A stretch of DNA of 19,274 bases from Candidatus Aegiribacteria sp. (GTDB lineage: Bacteria; Fermentibacterota; Fermentibacteria; Fermentibacterales; JCC-6), in NCBI GenBank assembly GCA_046498225.1, contig JAWOBF010000049.1, positions 1 through 19,274 of the forward strand. Direction: 5' to 3'. The notes under the pieces were generated by a model. The model was not told the origin of the DNA. It made no database searches and worked only from the letters and a program-made list of their open reading frames with translations. Every line of letters begins with the position of its first letter. Within the stretch, counting starts at the first letter, position 1. The position numbers and the translations under genes are program-made. Of this stretch, positions 17,021 to 19,274 are shown piece after piece.

Positions 17021-17050
17021 GGGGGGCGGGGCATCCCGCCTCCCGCTTTT
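17021..17050 (+). terminator. Probable Rho-independent terminator after hup
   Basis: GGGGGGCGGG-GCAT-CCCGCCTCCC 10-bp stem (one G-U pair), then GCTTTT. Confidence 0.75.
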
Positions 17051-17064
17051 CGCAAAGCGGTATT

Positions 17065-17871
17065 ATGCCTCTGGACCTTTCCGTCATAATCACAACCTAC
17101 AACAGCGCGCCAACGCTGGAACGGACCCTGCTGTCGATACTCCGTCTGGACCCTTCGGAACGCCCGATGGAGACCATAGTAGTGGACAACGCCTCGTCCG
17201 ACGGCTCCGCCGGAATTGCCGATGACTTTGAATGGGTTACCGTTATCCGCTGTTCTGAGAACCTGGGGCTTGCCAGGGCCAACAACATCGGAGCCGGCCG
17301 GGCATCGGGCAGCAGCCTGCTCTTCCTCAATCCTGATACCGCTGTGAGACCCGGCGCCCTTTCCACCCTTGCGAAATTCGAGAGGGAACACCCCGGGGCA
17401 GCCCTGCTCGGGCCTGCCATGACCGACTCCCGGGGAAGCCTTCAGTCCACCGCCAGAACCTGGCCCACCCTGCTGGACATCGCTCTCAGGAGGACCTTCC
17501 TGGGGAAGCTGCCCTGTGCCCGGGGGAGATTGAAGAAGCACCTCTATCCGGTAGGAACCGAAGCACCCTCCACTGTCGACTGGATATCCGGAGCCGCCAT
17601 ATGGCTCACCCCGGCCGGAAGGAAGGAAGTGGGTCTCATGTCCGAGAAGTACTTCCTCTACTTCGAGGACGTCCAGTGGTCCATGCGGGCCTGCAGGGCG
17701 GGAATGGAGGTATGGTACGTTCCTGAGGCGGTGATAATCCACGAGGGAAGAAGGGAGAGCGCCGGCAGACCCGGAAGGGCTCTCTGGTTGCATCTGGTGA
17801 GTATGGTTAGATTTTTTGCTGAATACCCGTGCGCCGCCGCGGGCAGATGCCATACTGACAGAAGGGACTGA
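17065..17871 (+). CDS. Glycosyltransferase family 2 (WbbL/rhamnosyltransferase-like)
   Basis: SVIITTYN, IVVDNASSDGS, NLGLARANNIG, LFLNPD, VDWISGAA, YFLYFEDV.WS.R, WYVP.A.IIH..R.S. Confidence 0.92.
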   Translation: MPLDLSVIITTYNSAPTLERTLLSILRLDPSERPMETIVVDNASSDGSAGIADDFEWVTVIRCSENLGLARANNIGAGRASGSSLLFLNPDTAVRPGALSTLAKFEREHPGAALLGPAMTDSRGSLQSTARTWPTLLDIALRRTFLGKLPCARGRLKKHLYPVGTEAPSTVDWISGAAIWLTPAGRKEVGLMSEKYFLYFEDVQWSMRACRAGMEVWYVPEAVIIHEGRRESAGRPGRALWLHLVSMVRFFAEYPCAAAGRCHTDRRD

Positions 17872-17877
17872 CCCATA

Positions 17878-19274
17878 TTGAAGAGCAAAGGCAAGCCGGT
17901 TTCCCTCATCCTCCCCCTGGGAGATTTCCTGCTCATCGTGGGGACCTTCATGCTGGGGTACTGGCTGCGCCATTTCGCCCTGGCAGGAGCGCTGGAGAAT
18001 CTACTGGGAATTCCCAACGATTTCAGGCTGGGCCTTTCGAACTATATAGTTTCCGGGTCGGTGATGGGCTGCGTGGAACTGCTGATGTTCAGGGCCTTCC
18101 GGGTCTACAGGCGGGAGTTCGGCATCGCGTCGGTGGAGGAGCTGTCATGGATACTCCGGGTTTCCTTCATGGCGGTGATAATAACCTTCGCGTTCACCTT
18201 CGCCTCGCGACAGCTGATGTTCTCCCGTTTCGTGCTGCTGTTCGCCTTTCCAACCACCTCCATAGCCATTTTCGCGTGGCACATCCTGTTCCACAGGTTC
18301 TACCGGTGGCGGGCACGGCGACATGCTCTCGGGATAAGGGCCGTCATGTACGGGACAGGCGGTTACGCCGTGGAACTGGAGAAGTACCTGAGGGAAAGGG
18401 TCTCCATTCCATACATCATGGTGGGTTTCATCACTCCATCAGACAGCGGGGAATGCGATGAGGAGGGTGTCCTCAAATTCGGTTCGTCGCGGGAGATGTT
18501 CGACTGGATAGACGATAACGGCGTTGATGAACTGATAATCGCGGACCCGGACCTCTCACGGGAGCACACAGCCGGGCTCATCTACAACTGCGAGCGGGAG
18601 AACCTCTCCTACAAGGTGCTCGCCGACGTGTCCGACCTGGTGACCCGCACCACGAGGGTAATCCACATGGGCGGCATAACCATGATAGAGTCCGTACCCC
18701 CTCCCCTGAGCGGGAGCAGCATGCTGCTGAAAAGGCTCTTCGACCTGGCGGTGACGCTGCCGGTCATCGTCATCCTCCTTCCCCTGTGGATACTGATAGC
18801 CCTTGCCATAGTGATCGACTCCGGCTTTCCGGTGTTCTTCGTCCAGACCAGGCTGGGCAAGGAACATAAACCCTTCAGGCTTTTCAAATTCAGATCGATG
18901 AAGGTGGGGGCCCATTCAATGAAGGAAGAGCTCATGCCCAGCGGAGAGACGGAAGTCCTGTCAAAGCTGAAGAGAGACCCCAGGATAACCGGGGTGGGAA
19001 GGTTCATCCGTAAACTGAGCCTGGACGAGCTGCCCCAGCTCCTGAACGTGCTCACGGGAAGCATGAGCCTGGTGGGCCCCAGACCTCACGTCCCGGAGGA
19101 GGTCAGCCGGTACTCCATGAAGCATTTCAAGAAGCTTGAGGTGCCCCCGGGAATGACAGGCGTGTGCCAGGTGTCCGGAAGGAACGACCTGAGCTACAGG
19201 GAGATGGTGAAGCTGGACCTCTACTACGTAGACAACTGGTCGATCTGGCTCGACATCTCCATCCTGATTATGAC
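17878..19274 (+). CDS. Polyprenyl-phosphate glycosylphosphotransferase (WcaJ/CpsE-type initiating sugar transferase), truncated at the window end
   Basis: Manual translation from TTG 17878 (GAAGGGA upstream). Four N-terminal TM helices and a Rossmann-like middle domain, then KRLFDL, FKFRSM, DPRITGVGRFIRKLSLDELPQLLNVL.GSMSLVGPRP, PGMTG..QVSGR, KLDLYYVDNWSIWLD. Confidence 0.95.
   Translation, partial: MKSKGKPVSLILPLGDFLLIVGTFMLGYWLRHFALAGALENLLGIPNDFRLGLSNYIVSGSVMGCVELLMFRAFRVYRREFGIASVEELSWILRVSFMAVIITFAFTFASRQLMFSRFVLLFAFPTTSIAIFAWHILFHRFYRWRARRHALGIRAVMYGTGGYAVELEKYLRERVSIPYIMVGFITPSDSGECDEEGVLKFGSSREMFDWIDDNGVDELIIADPDLSREHTAGLIYNCERENLSYKVLADVSDLVTRTTRVIHMGGITMIESVPPPLSGSSMLLKRLFDLAVTLPVIVILLPLWILIALAIVIDSGFPVFFVQTRLGKEHKPFRLFKFRSMKVGAHSMKEELMPSGETEVLSKLKRDPRITGVGRFIRKLSLDELPQLLNVLTGSMSLVGPRPHVPEEVSRYSMKHFKKLEVPPGMTGVCQVSGRNDLSYREMVKLDLYYVDNWSIWLDISILIM

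Noticed and set aside
17002..17973. 323-aa minus-strand ORF
   Set aside because: Antisense shadow of the GT2 gene, with Gly/Pro-rich composition.
1..19274. CRISPR arrays, IS elements/integrases, tRNA/rRNA, defence systems
   Set aside because: No spaced repeat arrays, transposase or integrase motifs, or cloverleaf/rRNA signatures were seen by eye; the intergenic gaps are short.

Overview
GC-rich bacterial chromosomal window of housekeeping and cell-envelope genes from a diderm (LPS-making) organism. The LptD type and gene mix suggest an FCB-group-like lineage, which is inference only. The minus-strand arm (7494->1) reads hldA-like heptose kinase, hldC-like adenylyltransferase, K+-dependent membrane pyrophosphatase, NifU-family protein, rsmB, PASTA-only protein, rpe and ffh (truncated by the window edge). 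The plus-strand arm (7557->19274) reads DUF3467, CdaR/YbbR-like protein, an uncharacterised membrane-anchored protein, rpoZ, parvulin-TPR lipoprotein, TPR/LppC-type lipoprotein, ROK kinase, lptD, HU, GT2 and a WcaJ-type sugar transferase (truncated). I found no mobile elements, CRISPR arrays or recognisable RNA genes. Best leads: (1) the 8663-10069 protein looks like a tandem pilin-like fold with a Cys3His metal site and a large acidic insert, but has no prepilin cleavage motif. (2) The hldC frame has no ATG/GTG/TTG upstream of its essential motif and lies +1 to hldA, implying a non-canonical start, a frameshift or an indel; the nifU-rsmB junction is similar and non-ATG starts are frequent overall. 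No clearly new multi-gene system is demonstrated.
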